A stretch of DNA of 64,000 bases from an uncultured virus (IMG/VR IMGVR_UViG_3300023435_000001) (Duplodnaviria > Heunggongvirae > Uroviricota > Caudoviricetes): IMG/VR virus record IMGVR_UViG_3300023435_000001; one strand, given 5' to 3'. Both the position numbers and the translations under genes were made by a program. Of the stretch, positions 29,405-38,325 are shown piece by piece (within the stretch, counting starts at the first letter, position 1; each line of letters starts with the position of its first letter). Below the pieces are notes generated by a model. That model was not told the DNA's origin. It was given only the letters and a program-made list of their open reading frames with translations, and searched no databases.

Positions 29405-29491
29405 TAATCGAAACGCGGGCTAGTGCAACAGAGACAATTAACCGCCTATCCTAAGGAGTATTAAGATCATTTTACATGTATTTATGAACAC

Positions 29492-29950
29492 TCAATGTTT
29501 ACTGCTATAGTGTTGCCAAAACGTTTTAGTGCGTCTTTGCTCATGTGCAGTGTGCATCCTTCTACGGTTCCATTTAGTATTTGGGCATCGATGCAGCGAA
29601 ACTATCTCAGGTAGATCTATTACCCTGTGATACTTACTCCAGAATTCTAGCACGATCCTAGCGCATTCTTTCTGTGCTTCAGGTGATCGTTTAATGTCTT
29701 CAAAGCTAAACAGATAATATCCTTTAATCCGATTAGCTTCACGGCGATAAATGTTCTGCTCTTGTAGTAATCCATGCGAGCGTCCACCATCACCGGGCTT
29801 CACGTTATGATTATTACTACTTTCAACCCAGGCAAGTCCGTACAAAAATTGATCAGTGATCTCTGCCGAGCTGCAGCTATCAACTAAGACTGTAAAAAAC
29901 AATATAACAATTATGAATAACAGAACAGTTTTCATACAACATCCTTTCAT
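29492..29950 (-). CDS. Lysozyme-fold (lytic transglycosylase-like) endolysin with N-terminal signal/anchor
   Basis: LAWVESS (catalytic Glu), GDGGRSHGLLQ; hydrophobic leader. Confidence 0.7.
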   Translation of the reverse strand: MKGCCMKTVLLFIIVILFFTVLVDSCSSAEITDQFLYGLAWVESSNNHNVKPGDGGRSHGLLQEQNIYRREANRIKGYYLFSFEDIKRSPEAQKECARIVLEFWSKYHRVIDLPEIVSLHRCPNTKWNRRRMHTAHEQRRTKTFWQHYSSKH

Positions 29951-29963
29951 TACTTTAATTGTA

Positions 29964-30173
29964 CTAGCCCCATACTAAATCGTACGGGCTGGTGGCTTGT
30001 ACTGCTCTTGTTTTACAATACAACACGAAAACATGATACTTATTCCACCGAATAATCACACCTAATTCACAATCTTCATGCGAAAGATCTCCATGCGCAT
30101 GTACCGGCACATATGTAACTGGTGCAAGATAGTGTTCATCTTCAGTTAATTCTACACCTTGAATCATCAACAT
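29964..30173 (-). CDS. Hypothetical protein
   Basis: VTYVP..GVI..V.VLY; AAGGAG RBS. Confidence 0.55.
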   Translation of the reverse strand: MLMIQGVELTEDEHYLAPVTYVPVHAHGDLSHEDCELGVIIRWNKYHVFVLYCKTRAVQATSPYDLVWG

Positions 30174-30224
30174 TTTATTTCTCCTTGTACATCAACACTT
30201 TATTTCTCCTTGTACATCAGACGT

Positions 30225-30998
30225 TTATCTTTTAGCCCACCGTAAATTAGCATTTCGTAAATCAGCGTCTAGTAAACCAGCCTGCCGTAAATCAGCCCAC
30301 TGTAAATCAGCATCACGTAAATCAGCATCGCGTAAATCAGCATCGCGTAAATCGGTCCACCGTAAATCAGCCTTTCGTAAATCAGCGTCTCGTAAATCGG
30401 TCCGCCGTAAATTAGCATTTCGTAAATTAGCGTCCCGTAAATTAGCGCTCCGTAAATTAGCGTCCCGTAAATTAGCGTCCCGTAAATTAGCGCTCCATAA
30501 ATTATCGTCCCGTAAATCAGCGCCCTGTAAATTAGCGCTCCATAAATTAGCTCTCCGTAAATTAGCACCCCGTAAATTAGCATATCGCAAATCAGCATAC
30601 TGCAAGTCAGCCTTTCGTAAATCAGCGTCTCGTAAATCGGTCCACCGTAAATCAGCACCTCGCAAATTCACCCACCGCAAACCAGCTCCCCGTAAATCAG
30701 CTCCCCGTAAATTAGCCCACCGTAAACTATTAGCCCACCGTAAATCAGCACTTCGTAAATCAACGTCCCGTAAATCAGCGCTCCATAAATCAGCATCCCG
30801 TAAATCGGCTCTCTGTAAATTAGCCTCTCGTAAATTAGCCTCACGTAAATTAGCCTCACGTAAATTAGCCTCACATAAATCAGCATACTGTAAAGTATAC
30901 CCTCTAAGGCTCAAATCACAAATTGCATCTTTAATATTTTCTTTAGCAGAAATGCCGATCACAAATCTCTTATCATCTTTTTTTCCGTATATATACAT
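30225..30998 (-). CDS. Pentapeptide repeat protein (true start MYIYGKK at 30998)
   Basis: About 40 A(N/D)L(R/W/Q)x repeats; AAGGAG RBS before 30998. Confidence 0.92.
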   Translation of the reverse strand: MYIYGKKDDKRFVIGISAKENIKDAICDLSLRGYTLQYADLCEANLREANLREANLREANLQRADLRDADLWSADLRDVDLRSADLRWANSLRWANLRGADLRGAGLRWVNLRGADLRWTDLRDADLRKADLQYADLRYANLRGANLRRANLWSANLQGADLRDDNLWSANLRDANLRDANLRSANLRDANLRNANLRRTDLRDADLRKADLRWTDLRDADLRDADLRDADLQWADLRQAGLLDADLRNANLRWAKR

Positions 30999-31011
30999 TG
31001 TTTCATTCTCC

Positions 31012-31485
31012 TTATTCAATCGTATATCCGTATTGGCCAGCGATCTCACGAACCTTATCCATCGTAATGACCTCACTACCTCCATGTGCGAGCTGGTCAC
31101 TAGCCATTGAACCCATCCCACTAAGTGGTAGTAATCCACCTTCAAAAGATTCAGCCGCTCCTAGACCCTTACCGAAGTTCAGCATCATTTCACCGAGGTC
31201 AGTTGCTAACGCGGCTCCGCCTTTCTTACTATACGTCAAAGTTTCACGCGTGAAACGACCGCACCCACTGAGATTAATTACAATCAACCCAAGCACGACT
31301 CCAACGAAAAATCCAACTAGTACTTTGTACCAATTAATGTGCCAGCTAAATTCTCCATGATTCAGCTCTCTCCAACTCATTTTCTGATTCAGCTCTCTCC
31401 AATTATTTACTTTCCTCATTTGATTCTTCATCTGGCTTTGATTCTTCATTTGGCTTTGATTCTTCATCTGGCTTTGATTCTTCAT
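31012..31485 (-). CDS. Putative lipoprotein/membrane protein with N-terminal repeats
   Basis: MKNQSQ x3 then MKNQ; hydrophobic stretch ending LSGC. Confidence 0.5.
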   Translation of the reverse strand: MKNQSQMKNQSQMKNQSQMKNQMRKVNNWRELNQKMSWRELNHGEFSWHINWYKVLVGFFVGVVLGLIVINLSGCGRFTRETLTYSKKGGAALATDLGEMMLNFGKGLGAAESFEGGLLPLSGMGSMASDQLAHGGSEVITMDKVREIAGQYGYTIE

Positions 31486-31954
31486 TTCCTACGCCCTTTA
31501 AAAATACTATAAATTTCTGCTGCAATGAGGCCACATAGAACTCAACTTTAATTCGTAATTCATCTATTGTCACTGCTTTAAATTCTTTTCGTGTTATTAG
31601 TTCATTACTAATACACACGCATACACTTCCTCCTAAAGAAGTACTTAACATTTGATCACCTTTATCAAAATAGAATCTCGAAGATACACGACACACTGGT
31701 CCATCGAAATCAAGTTTAAAACCGCAATCCCAAGACCATGTTGGGTCAATGAGTTCATGTTTTTCATAATTTGCTACTTTTGCCCACTCATTAGCCTCAC
31801 GTAAATTAGCCTCACGTAAATTAGCCTCACATAAATCAGCATACTGTAAAGTATACCCTCTAAGTCTCAAATCACAAATTGCATCTTTAATATTTTCTTT
31901 AGCAGAAATGCCGATCACAAATCTCTTATCATCTTTTTTTCCGTATATATACAT
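31403..31954 (-). CDS. Chimeric protein: pentapeptide-gene N-terminus fused to an unrelated domain
   Basis: First ~55 aa nearly identical to the 30998 gene. Confidence 0.65.
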   Translation of the reverse strand: MYIYGKKDDKRFVIGISAKENIKDAICDLRLRGYTLQYADLCEANLREANLREANEWAKVANYEKHELIDPTWSWDCGFKLDFDGPVCRVSSRFYFDKGDQMLSTSLGGSVCVCISNELITRKEFKAVTIDELRIKVEFYVASLQQKFIVFLKGVGNEESKPDEESKPNEESKPDEESNEESK

Positions 31955-31977
31955 TGTTCTATTTCTCCTTAAAATTA

Positions 31978-32166
31978 TAAACTAGTGAGCAACAGAAGTA
32001 TTGCGACTACTTCACAGAGGTTCAGTCAGCGTTGCGCCGAACCGAGGTTAGAAAGAGGATTCAACCAAATACCTTGTTATTAACTTATAAAAGATCTACC
32101 TTCGGTGTATCATACATTTGCTAATCAATAAAATTTTATAGTTAATATTATTTGCTCACTAGTTTA
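31978..32166 (-). ncRNA. Candidate structured intergenic RNA
   Basis: Perfect 15-bp closing inverted repeat TAAACTAGTGAGCAA/TTGCTCACTAGTTTA enclosing several internal stems. Confidence 0.4.
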
Positions 32167-32167
32167 G

Positions 32168-32566
32168 TTAGTGTTGCATTGCTCTCCAACCGTTAGCTAA
32201 GAACCCTAGCAGTTCTCTTCCAGCTTCTGTTTTAGACATCAAAATTACAGGTTTTAAATCAAGATACGCATACACTGTTTGATGAGTATCTTCAACAGTC
32301 GTATGATAATCTTTCAATAATCGTACAACTAACGCGGTATCTCCCACACGTAATGCATCCTTAATAAAGATTCGTTGGTTCGTTTTACACTGCACATTAT
32401 GTCTTTTGAACTCTATCCATCCTCTAAATATAGGATGCGAAATGTACCTATCGGGTATCCCAGATTTTTGGTAAGAGTTCCCAACAAACGCAACAACTTT
32501 GGAGCCCATCTTTTCGACTCTTTCACAGAACCATCGAGTGTATGCACTTTCATTTGCAAAGTTCAC
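32168..32566 (-). CDS. VRR-NUC/PD-(D/E)XK nuclease (probable GTG start 32566)
   Basis: SGIPDRY...WIEFKR...NQ; GGAGG RBS before the GTG. Confidence 0.75.
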   Translation of the reverse strand: MNFANESAYTRWFCERVEKMGSKVVAFVGNSYQKSGIPDRYISHPIFRGWIEFKRHNVQCKTNQRIFIKDALRVGDTALVVRLLKDYHTTVEDTHQTVYAYLDLKPVILMSKTEAGRELLGFLANGWRAMQH

Positions 32567-33785
32567 GGTAGCCTCCGTACTTTTTCCACCAAGAGTCACT
32601 TGTAGTATCAGCACCATTAAGTACATCGCTAACACAGCTGTCAAACAAACTCCAGTCAGGTAATGTTAATTTTTTCAAGCGCTTAATTTCTTGCTTACGA
32701 GCAGTAGCGTCATTTTTCCAAAACTCAACAAGTCGTTTCATATCACCAGGTTCTTTAATTCGAAGCGGCGAATCTAGCGGGTAATATAACTCGAGTGGAT
32801 CAAATGTGTATTCTTCACCGCTTCCATAGAAAATGGGCAAACAATTTTGCTCTAAGCAAAAACGGATCTTATATGTATAAAATCTGTTATTTGTAGCAAG
32901 CACTGTGGTCTTAGCGTTACCGTATGCTCTAAGCATCTGATCTAAGGTTGTAGGAGGCCTCATAAAGGACGCGTCATACTTACTGTAGTATTCCCACCCT
33001 TTACCATATAACCTCAATCCAGAGGCCACCATCTTTCTTAGATCATCATCTGGAGCTAATACGGTTCTCCATACGTCATCAAACCCTTTTAGATGCTTAT
33101 CCGTCATGATATGAGCATGCTGAAAAATTGTGCAATCGTACGGCTTATTTCGTGAACTGAACTTACTCACATCAATCAAGTATCTTGCTCCGTAGACTTC
33201 ACGAATCAAAGTCTTAACACCCATTATAACACGCTTACTTTCATGCTCACGGAGTGATAACACTGCAGCCGGTTTAATATGTGGGAACCCGTAATACATT
33301 TCAGCTTCCTTTGGGATGTTTCTTGTATCACATAACACCACCAACCGTTTAAGCTTAAATCGTTCAATGATACTCAAGGCCGGTCCAACATACCTCATTG
33401 AGCACAACTGCACAGCCTCCTCGTGCTTATTACCGATATCGAATCTAGTAGGGGTATATCCTGACACGGTGACAAAAAGTTTAGGATCGAATTTTGCTAC
33501 AACTTGTGCATCACTTTCCCATCTTTCGCGTTGTTCTCTTGCAGTGCAGAAAGTTTCTATGCCTTGCACATTCGGCTTTATCACAGTGAGGCCTTCAGGA
33601 ATTTTGCCGTTCCACTTGCCGAAGTAAACCGTATTAATGTCGTCGCGCTCAATGAGATGACGAACAATACTTGATGCTTCTCCTTGGTCACCAGCGCTAC
33701 TAAATTTTGCACTCCTTTTATTCCGTTCTTCATCCGTCCAAAATGCAACACCTAATTTACAAACTAACACTGTGGGCTTTTTCAT
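32550..33785 (-). CDS. GT-B fold glycosyltransferase resembling T4 DNA beta-glucosyltransferase
   Basis: VVLCDTRNIP, LYGKGW, YTYKIRFCL...PIF, LRIKEPGDMKRLVEFWKND parallel recalled T4 BGT segments; sits among DNA-metabolism genes. Confidence 0.55.
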   Translation of the reverse strand: MKKPTVLVCKLGVAFWTDEERNKRSAKFSSAGDQGEASSIVRHLIERDDINTVYFGKWNGKIPEGLTVIKPNVQGIETFCTAREQRERWESDAQVVAKFDPKLFVTVSGYTPTRFDIGNKHEEAVQLCSMRYVGPALSIIERFKLKRLVVLCDTRNIPKEAEMYYGFPHIKPAAVLSLREHESKRVIMGVKTLIREVYGARYLIDVSKFSSRNKPYDCTIFQHAHIMTDKHLKGFDDVWRTVLAPDDDLRKMVASGLRLYGKGWEYYSKYDASFMRPPTTLDQMLRAYGNAKTTVLATNNRFYTYKIRFCLEQNCLPIFYGSGEEYTFDPLELYYPLDSPLRIKEPGDMKRLVEFWKNDATARKQEIKRLKKLTLPDWSLFDSCVSDVLNGADTTSDSWWKKYGGYRELCK

Positions 33786-33796
33786 ACCAGCCGTCC

Positions 33797-34033
33797 TTAT
33801 TCTCCGTATTTTTCTACAAACATTTTATGAATCAGCATTTGTTGTTTAAGAGCAAGCTCATATACCGACTCTTTACCGTACATCAACTCATATACTTCTT
33901 TCTCGGTGTAGAGTTTCTCAGTAGTGATCGGCACAACAGTAGGCGTAATAATCGATTGCTCTTCAGGTGTTCGACACCCAGTGATACCTGACACGACTAC
34001 TAGTACAACAATTAACCATAGAGTTTTCATCAC
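33797..34033 (-). CDS. Putative lipoprotein
   Basis: Leader ending ITGC lipobox. Confidence 0.6.
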   Translation of the reverse strand: MMKTLWLIVVLVVVSGITGCRTPEEQSIITPTVVPITTEKLYTEKEVYELMYGKESVYELALKQQMLIHKMFVEKYGE

Positions 34034-34058
34034 AAACCTCCTTAAGCGTAGTTAATAT

Positions 34059-34892
34059 TTACAAGTCGCTCCTAACTACAACGCACTCCTCAACGGGTTT
34101 ATCGTCCCGCCATCGCTGAAAGTGTGCATGTATTAATCTTCCACCGTTACCGACTTCTTGGTACTCGATCTCACATACACGGCCGAGATCTTTTTCTTCA
34201 TCAATATTAATTCGTACCTCGTCGTCCATGCCGCTGACCTTAGCAATCTCTTCGAGTTCACCATTGATATAAACTGAACACTTCAATGAACCTACCAACC
34301 CGAGGTACTTACCATTGCCATCAACAAACCCTGTGACTATTGCATCAACTTCACGCTGCGGTTTAACTTTCCACCACTCGTCATAGTTATAATTTTTCAG
34401 CACCCATCCTTCGATGTCCAACTGCTCAGCATCATAGCACATTGATTCGTACGTATCATGTTCATACACGCCAAACACCTCAGCGGTTTTCAGCCCAAGA
34501 GGCTTCAATTCTTTTTCGCAAAAGAACACGCCTTGGCTGTACATCTGGAATCCTTCCCAGTACGGCACCGCGAACGGCATGAAATCAAGATCCTTAGAGC
34601 ATTCAGCAATAGCGTGCGCAGCGTCACCTGCATTACCGAAATCAACGTAAAGCTCACCGTCGACTGAAGACATGGGCGGAATCTTATCTAGTATCTTCCA
34701 CCACCGGTACTCTTTAATCTTTGGTCGTAGCAACCTAATTTCGCGGTCAGCTCTAATCGTTCGTTCGAATCCTACAAGTTGGCCGTCTCCTTGTTTAAAA
34801 AACGTGCATCGATGGCCGTTGTACTTCATTTGTTTGTACTTCGCTGGCTGCTCAGCCCACTTCTTTGGTTTCAACCGCTCGTGCGTCCACAT
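34059..34892 (-). CDS. Minimal ATP-dependent DNA ligase
   Basis: KYNGHR (motif I), DGELY, EGWVLK, WWKVK, OB-fold with RDDK. Confidence 0.9.
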   Translation of the reverse strand: MWTHERLKPKKWAEQPAKYKQMKYNGHRCTFFKQGDGQLVGFERTIRADREIRLLRPKIKEYRWWKILDKIPPMSSVDGELYVDFGNAGDAAHAIAECSKDLDFMPFAVPYWEGFQMYSQGVFFCEKELKPLGLKTAEVFGVYEHDTYESMCYDAEQLDIEGWVLKNYNYDEWWKVKPQREVDAIVTGFVDGNGKYLGLVGSLKCSVYINGELEEIAKVSGMDDEVRINIDEEKDLGRVCEIEYQEVGNGGRLIHAHFQRWRDDKPVEECVVVRSDL

Positions 34893-34904
34893 TGTGCTTT
34901 CTCC

Positions 34905-35777
34905 TTAGAACTCTTCAGTGCCTACAACTTGATACTTTTTACTGAGACTCAACGAGTAAATGTTCCATTGCTGCAAGCACTCTTTAACAAAACCAACATC
35001 ACCACGAGGTTCGTTACACCACTTGACGTTATCAAACTCTGCAACTTTGTTTAAATCACAAAGCTTAATGAGCTCATAAGATTTTGCGTACTCACCACTA
35101 TTCACATAATCATGAATTTTCATTTTCATATTTATAGGCCAGTCAGCAGTGCAAACTTCATCAACGCCGTTACGATTCACAGCATCAGCCCATACCAGTA
35201 ATTCAGCAAGATGCTTTTTACTGATCCGTGGCACACCGGCAACTGCATCTATACGGTCACCTGTAAATGCAAAATACTTTGTCAATAATTTCGGCGGAAC
35301 ACCATAAGTTTCTACCACCTTGTCGATGTCCCAGTGGTACAGAACTGACTTAAAAGATTTAAGCACTGTACAGCGGTCAGTCACCGCTTGTAGCAGGTCA
35401 TGATCATTTGAATAAATGTAATGAATCCCTGGTAGTAATGATAAAGAATACATTACATCGTCTGCTTCGTACCCTTCAGCTTCAGCAGTATTATACTCTT
35501 CACGTAGAAATTTTAAAAGTGTATTTATTCGACTTCTGTAACTACGATCGCTCGGTGTTACACGATCTGCTTTGTACGTTTTATACTTTTCTTTCCTCCA
35601 ACTTTTTCGGCTATCAAGACACAACACAATTTTTTGATCTGGGAACTTAGTCTTTAAACTTTGAATAATGCGTAGACTACCAAATTCCATTCCAGTTGGA
35701 TCACCTTCAGAGTTCTTGAGAAAATCCATTTTAGCATAACAACGATGCATAACCATCGACATATCTATGAGCATCAT
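34905..35777 (-). CDS. 5'-3' exonuclease/flap endonuclease
   Basis: LID, YKADR, EADD, SNDHDLLQ, TGDRIDAVAGVPRI. Confidence 0.92.
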   Translation of the reverse strand: MMLIDMSMVMHRCYAKMDFLKNSEGDPTGMEFGSLRIIQSLKTKFPDQKIVLCLDSRKSWRKEKYKTYKADRVTPSDRSYRSRINTLLKFLREEYNTAEAEGYEADDVMYSLSLLPGIHYIYSNDHDLLQAVTDRCTVLKSFKSVLYHWDIDKVVETYGVPPKLLTKYFAFTGDRIDAVAGVPRISKKHLAELLVWADAVNRNGVDEVCTADWPINMKMKIHDYVNSGEYAKSYELIKLCDLNKVAEFDNVKWCNEPRGDVGFVKECLQQWNIYSLSLSKKYQVVGTEEF

Positions 35778-35971
35778 TTTTAGTCCCCTTCAGGGTGATC
35801 TTCGATGTATTTACGAAATTCATCGTACAACGACTCAAGATAGCAACGTTCATCAGAATACACATTTAAATTAATGATAAAAGCTTTCAAAGCCGCTGCA
35901 GCATTTGGTCTGTCTGCGGATAAAATGAACTTCGGTATTCCGTCGTCTTTACACATTTGAAGCTCCCGTGT

Positions 35972-36139
35972 TTATTTAACACTTACTCTATTAATCTTGA
36001 CTTTTGAAGGCGACTCTATACTGAGATTCACAGATGAAGTCCTAGAGGACTTAGCAATAACAATATTAGCGATAACCTCATTATGTAATTTTAATTCAAT
36101 TACGTCTTGGTATTTACGGATACAGATTACTTTAGCCAT
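35972..36139 (-). CDS. csrA: CsrA/RsmA-like small RNA-binding protein (start MAKVICIRK)
   Basis: 55 aa; VNLSIESPSKVKINR matches the CsrA VRIGI.AP..V.V.R pattern; GGAG RBS. Confidence 0.5.
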   Translation of the reverse strand: MAKVICIRKYQDVIELKLHNEVIANIVIAKSSRTSSVNLSIESPSKVKINRVSVK

Positions 36140-36521
36140 CTGCGGTCTCCTTTCTAATCTTAGCAATGAGCTCTTTGAATTGCATAATTTTCTTAATGTT
36201 TTGTAGATACACTAATCTTTTTCTACGATGCTTATCGTATTGCTCAATTCTTCCTATATCAAAAATAATGTTATTACGTTTTTCTGTTATAGTATCTATT
36301 TTTGCTTGAGCTTCATCAATTACTTCTTGTTGCTCTCTAACGCGACGTTCGAAGTAGTCTTTTTCTAAATATTTAGCGTACTCTTTAGTAAGCACTTTAT
36401 TAAGTTTTAAAGACTCTTTGAGTTGCTTAATTTTTAGTCTTACATCAGCTGGTTTCATTTTATCTCCTATAAATGAAACCGACGGCAGTGAGTGATCCTG
36501 CCGTCGGATTACATAACTCAC
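36132..36521 (-). CDS. Coiled-coil hypothetical protein (probable start MKPADV)
   Basis: AGGAG RBS near 36465. Confidence 0.55.
   Translation of the reverse strand: MSYVIRRQDHSLPSVSFIGDKMKPADVRLKIKQLKESLKLNKVLTKEYAKYLEKDYFERRVREQQEVIDEAQAKIDTITEKRNNIIFDIGRIEQYDKHRRKRLVYLQNIKKIMQFKELIAKIRKETADG
36479..36507 (-). terminator. Intrinsic terminator-like hairpin
   Basis: CCGACGGCAG-N9-CTGCCGTCGG followed by TTTCATTT on the minus strand. Confidence 0.6.
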
Positions 36522-36549
36522 GTCTTAGTGTCTATTCCAGTATGATGCG

Positions 36550-36972
36550 TTAGCTGCCATCTTCCTCTTCTTTTTCGTCTTCCAAAAGTGTATCAGTATC
36601 AAAACCAGCTTCTTCAAGTTGTTTACGCAGCTCTTCCATTTTCTCGCTCATCTTGAGATAACGTTTGGCCTTGTTACGGTCAGCAGAAGAACCAAGCTTC
36701 TTAACGCGTGCTGCTTCAGCATGAAGCAACTCAGCTTTAAACTCAGCCTCTAAAGCGCGATGTTCGATGTACATCCATATCTGTGCAAAGTCAGATCTCC
36801 GAAGTGGTTTATACTTACCGAATTCGAAATCTTCTGGCATTGCTTCTGTGAACAAATCTTCAGGTACTTCGAATTCAGGCTTCTGTTCACGAACTTTCTT
36901 AGGTGTGGGCTTAACGTTAACGATTCCTTTTTTCTGGGTTTGCTGCGGTGCTTTTACTTTTGCTTTTGCCAT
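36550..36972 (-). CDS. Hypothetical protein, paralog of 37040-37363
   Basis: Shared MPEDF.F..., DF, H(R/K)A, K.GS.A, EKM..L..QL pattern. Confidence 0.6.
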   Translation of the reverse strand: MAKAKVKAPQQTQKKGIVNVKPTPKKVREQKPEFEVPEDLFTEAMPEDFEFGKYKPLRRSDFAQIWMYIEHRALEAEFKAELLHAEAARVKKLGSSADRNKAKRYLKMSEKMEELRKQLEEAGFDTDTLLEDEKEEEDGS

Positions 36973-37039
36973 TTTTGGATCCTTTAATACTAGTCGATCT
37001 GTTCATCAAATTAAAACTATTTGAGCGTCTTAAACACTG

Positions 37040-37363
37040 CTACTTTGTGCTACCCTCTATGATCCCGTCAATAGGCACTCCTTTCTGAACAAGCTCCTTT
37101 TTAAGAGCTTTCATTTTTTCGAGTAAAGCTACTAGCTTCGCGGCTTTGCGAACAGTTGCTTTCGAACCGTATTTAAAAAAGAAATCTGCTCTTTCATCTA
37201 ACATTAAAGCACGGTATCTGTATTGCTTCGCTTTATGTTGTAAGAACAAACCATCATTTTCAAAATCTTCACGATTCAACGCGGCATGCTCATCAAAATT
37301 AAAATCTTCAGGCATTGAAACAGCATATAATGCTTTCGATTTCTTAAACTCTTTTTTTGCCAT
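37040..37363 (-). CDS. Hypothetical protein, paralog of 36550-36972
   Basis: Same shared motifs as 36550-36972. Confidence 0.6.
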   Translation of the reverse strand: MAKKEFKKSKALYAVSMPEDFNFDEHAALNREDFENDGLFLQHKAKQYRYRALMLDERADFFFKYGSKATVRKAAKLVALLEKMKALKKELVQKGVPIDGIIEGSTK

Positions 37364-37579
37364 TACAAACCCCTTGTGCTTTATACTACATTAGTGCTAT
37401 GATTGCCCAAAACGTTATAATCCGAATTTCTCTCCACATACTAACTCCTCAAAATTAATTCTACAATCACAGTGGTTAACATCACACCATATATTGTGCA
37501 CGCTACTCCAACAATTAATACAACTTCACTAACCTTTTTAAACATTGTTCTATCTCCTATAAAGTAATACTACAAATTC

Positions 37580-37640
37580 TTAGCAGTCTCATCGGTACTA
37601 GTATGCTAATCTGGTAGACACTCTTTCGAGTGTTTCGACT
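37580..37640 (-). ncRNA. Type II hammerhead ribozyme HH1 (core CCGAUGAG)
   Basis: AGUCGAAAC-ACUC-GAAA-GAGU-GUC^UACCAG-AUUAGCAUA-CUAGUA-CCGAUGA-GACU-GCUAA; loop UUAGC pairs with 3' GCUAA; predicted cleavage 37617/37616. Confidence 0.8.
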
Positions 37641-38298
37641 TAAATCATTTTACGTTTTTTCACCCACCCGGCGATCCCAACTCCAACACTACAAAGAATC
37701 ATAGCTGAAGGAGTAGGCACTGGAGTAAGTGCGTTCATTGTTCCGTAGATGCAAGCAGTATCAACACATGAATTTTCTAATCTGATCAAAAAGTAGTTTG
37801 ATTCAAACTCATTTAAATCGGGCGGAGACAAAGGAAGATCAAGCGAATCAAAAACTGATCCGCCCTTATCTTCTAAGCCCCAAACAAAATCAACTTTTAT
37901 AAATGTGCTTATGCCGTTAACGAAAGTGTTATTGGCACTTGAACTTAGGCCGTACCCGTCAAGCTCTAAGCTTCCAAAATCATTACAGATATAGATTTCG
38001 GTCGGTCCATTAATCATCGTATAGTTACCGACAGTTCCTACGACTGAACTTCCAGGGCTTGAATACTTCGCGAATGAAGTATCAAAAGGGGCGTTGCTAA
38101 AATAGCTGGAGCTCCAGGATCAAATGAATAAGAACCACTAAATGTAGATCCGTTTATTACTGATCCATCAAGCAACCCTCCAGCATCTTCAATTCCTAAG
38201 ACAGTTCCAGAAAAGTCATACACCGCGGCTGAACTCACCCCTAACATACAATCTAGAAGAACTAATACTACCATCGTCATTTTGGTTGTGCGTTTCAT
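37640..38298 (-). pseudogene. PEP-CTERM surface protein split by one -1 frameshift near 38105
   Basis: Signal peptide in 38038-38298; the alternate frame continues YFSNAPFDTSFAKYSSPGSSVVGTVGNYTMINGPT into 37640-38017, ending VPTPSAMILCSVGVGIAGWVKKRKMI. Confidence 0.75.
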
Positions 38299-38325
38299 GA
38301 TGCAAATCTCCTTAAATAGAATTAG

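Noticed and set aside
29399..29446. Hammerhead suggested by CGAAAC on the plus strand
   Set aside because: No core or stem III; better explained as a GGCGGTTAAT/ATTAACCGCC stem before a minus-strand U-tract.
30269..30886. LIYG-repeat ORFs (30269-30658, 30668-30886)
   Set aside because: Alternate-frame shadows of the 15-bp pentapeptide repeat.
36479..36525. Twister or pistol ribozyme (loop ACUCAC can pair with upstream GUGAGU)
   Set aside because: Conserved catalytic residues not recognisable; kept only as a terminator-like hairpin.
38080..38110. Programmed frameshift in the PEP-CTERM gene
   Set aside because: No canonical in-frame X XXY YYZ heptamer; a 1-nt deletion or sequencing error is simpler.
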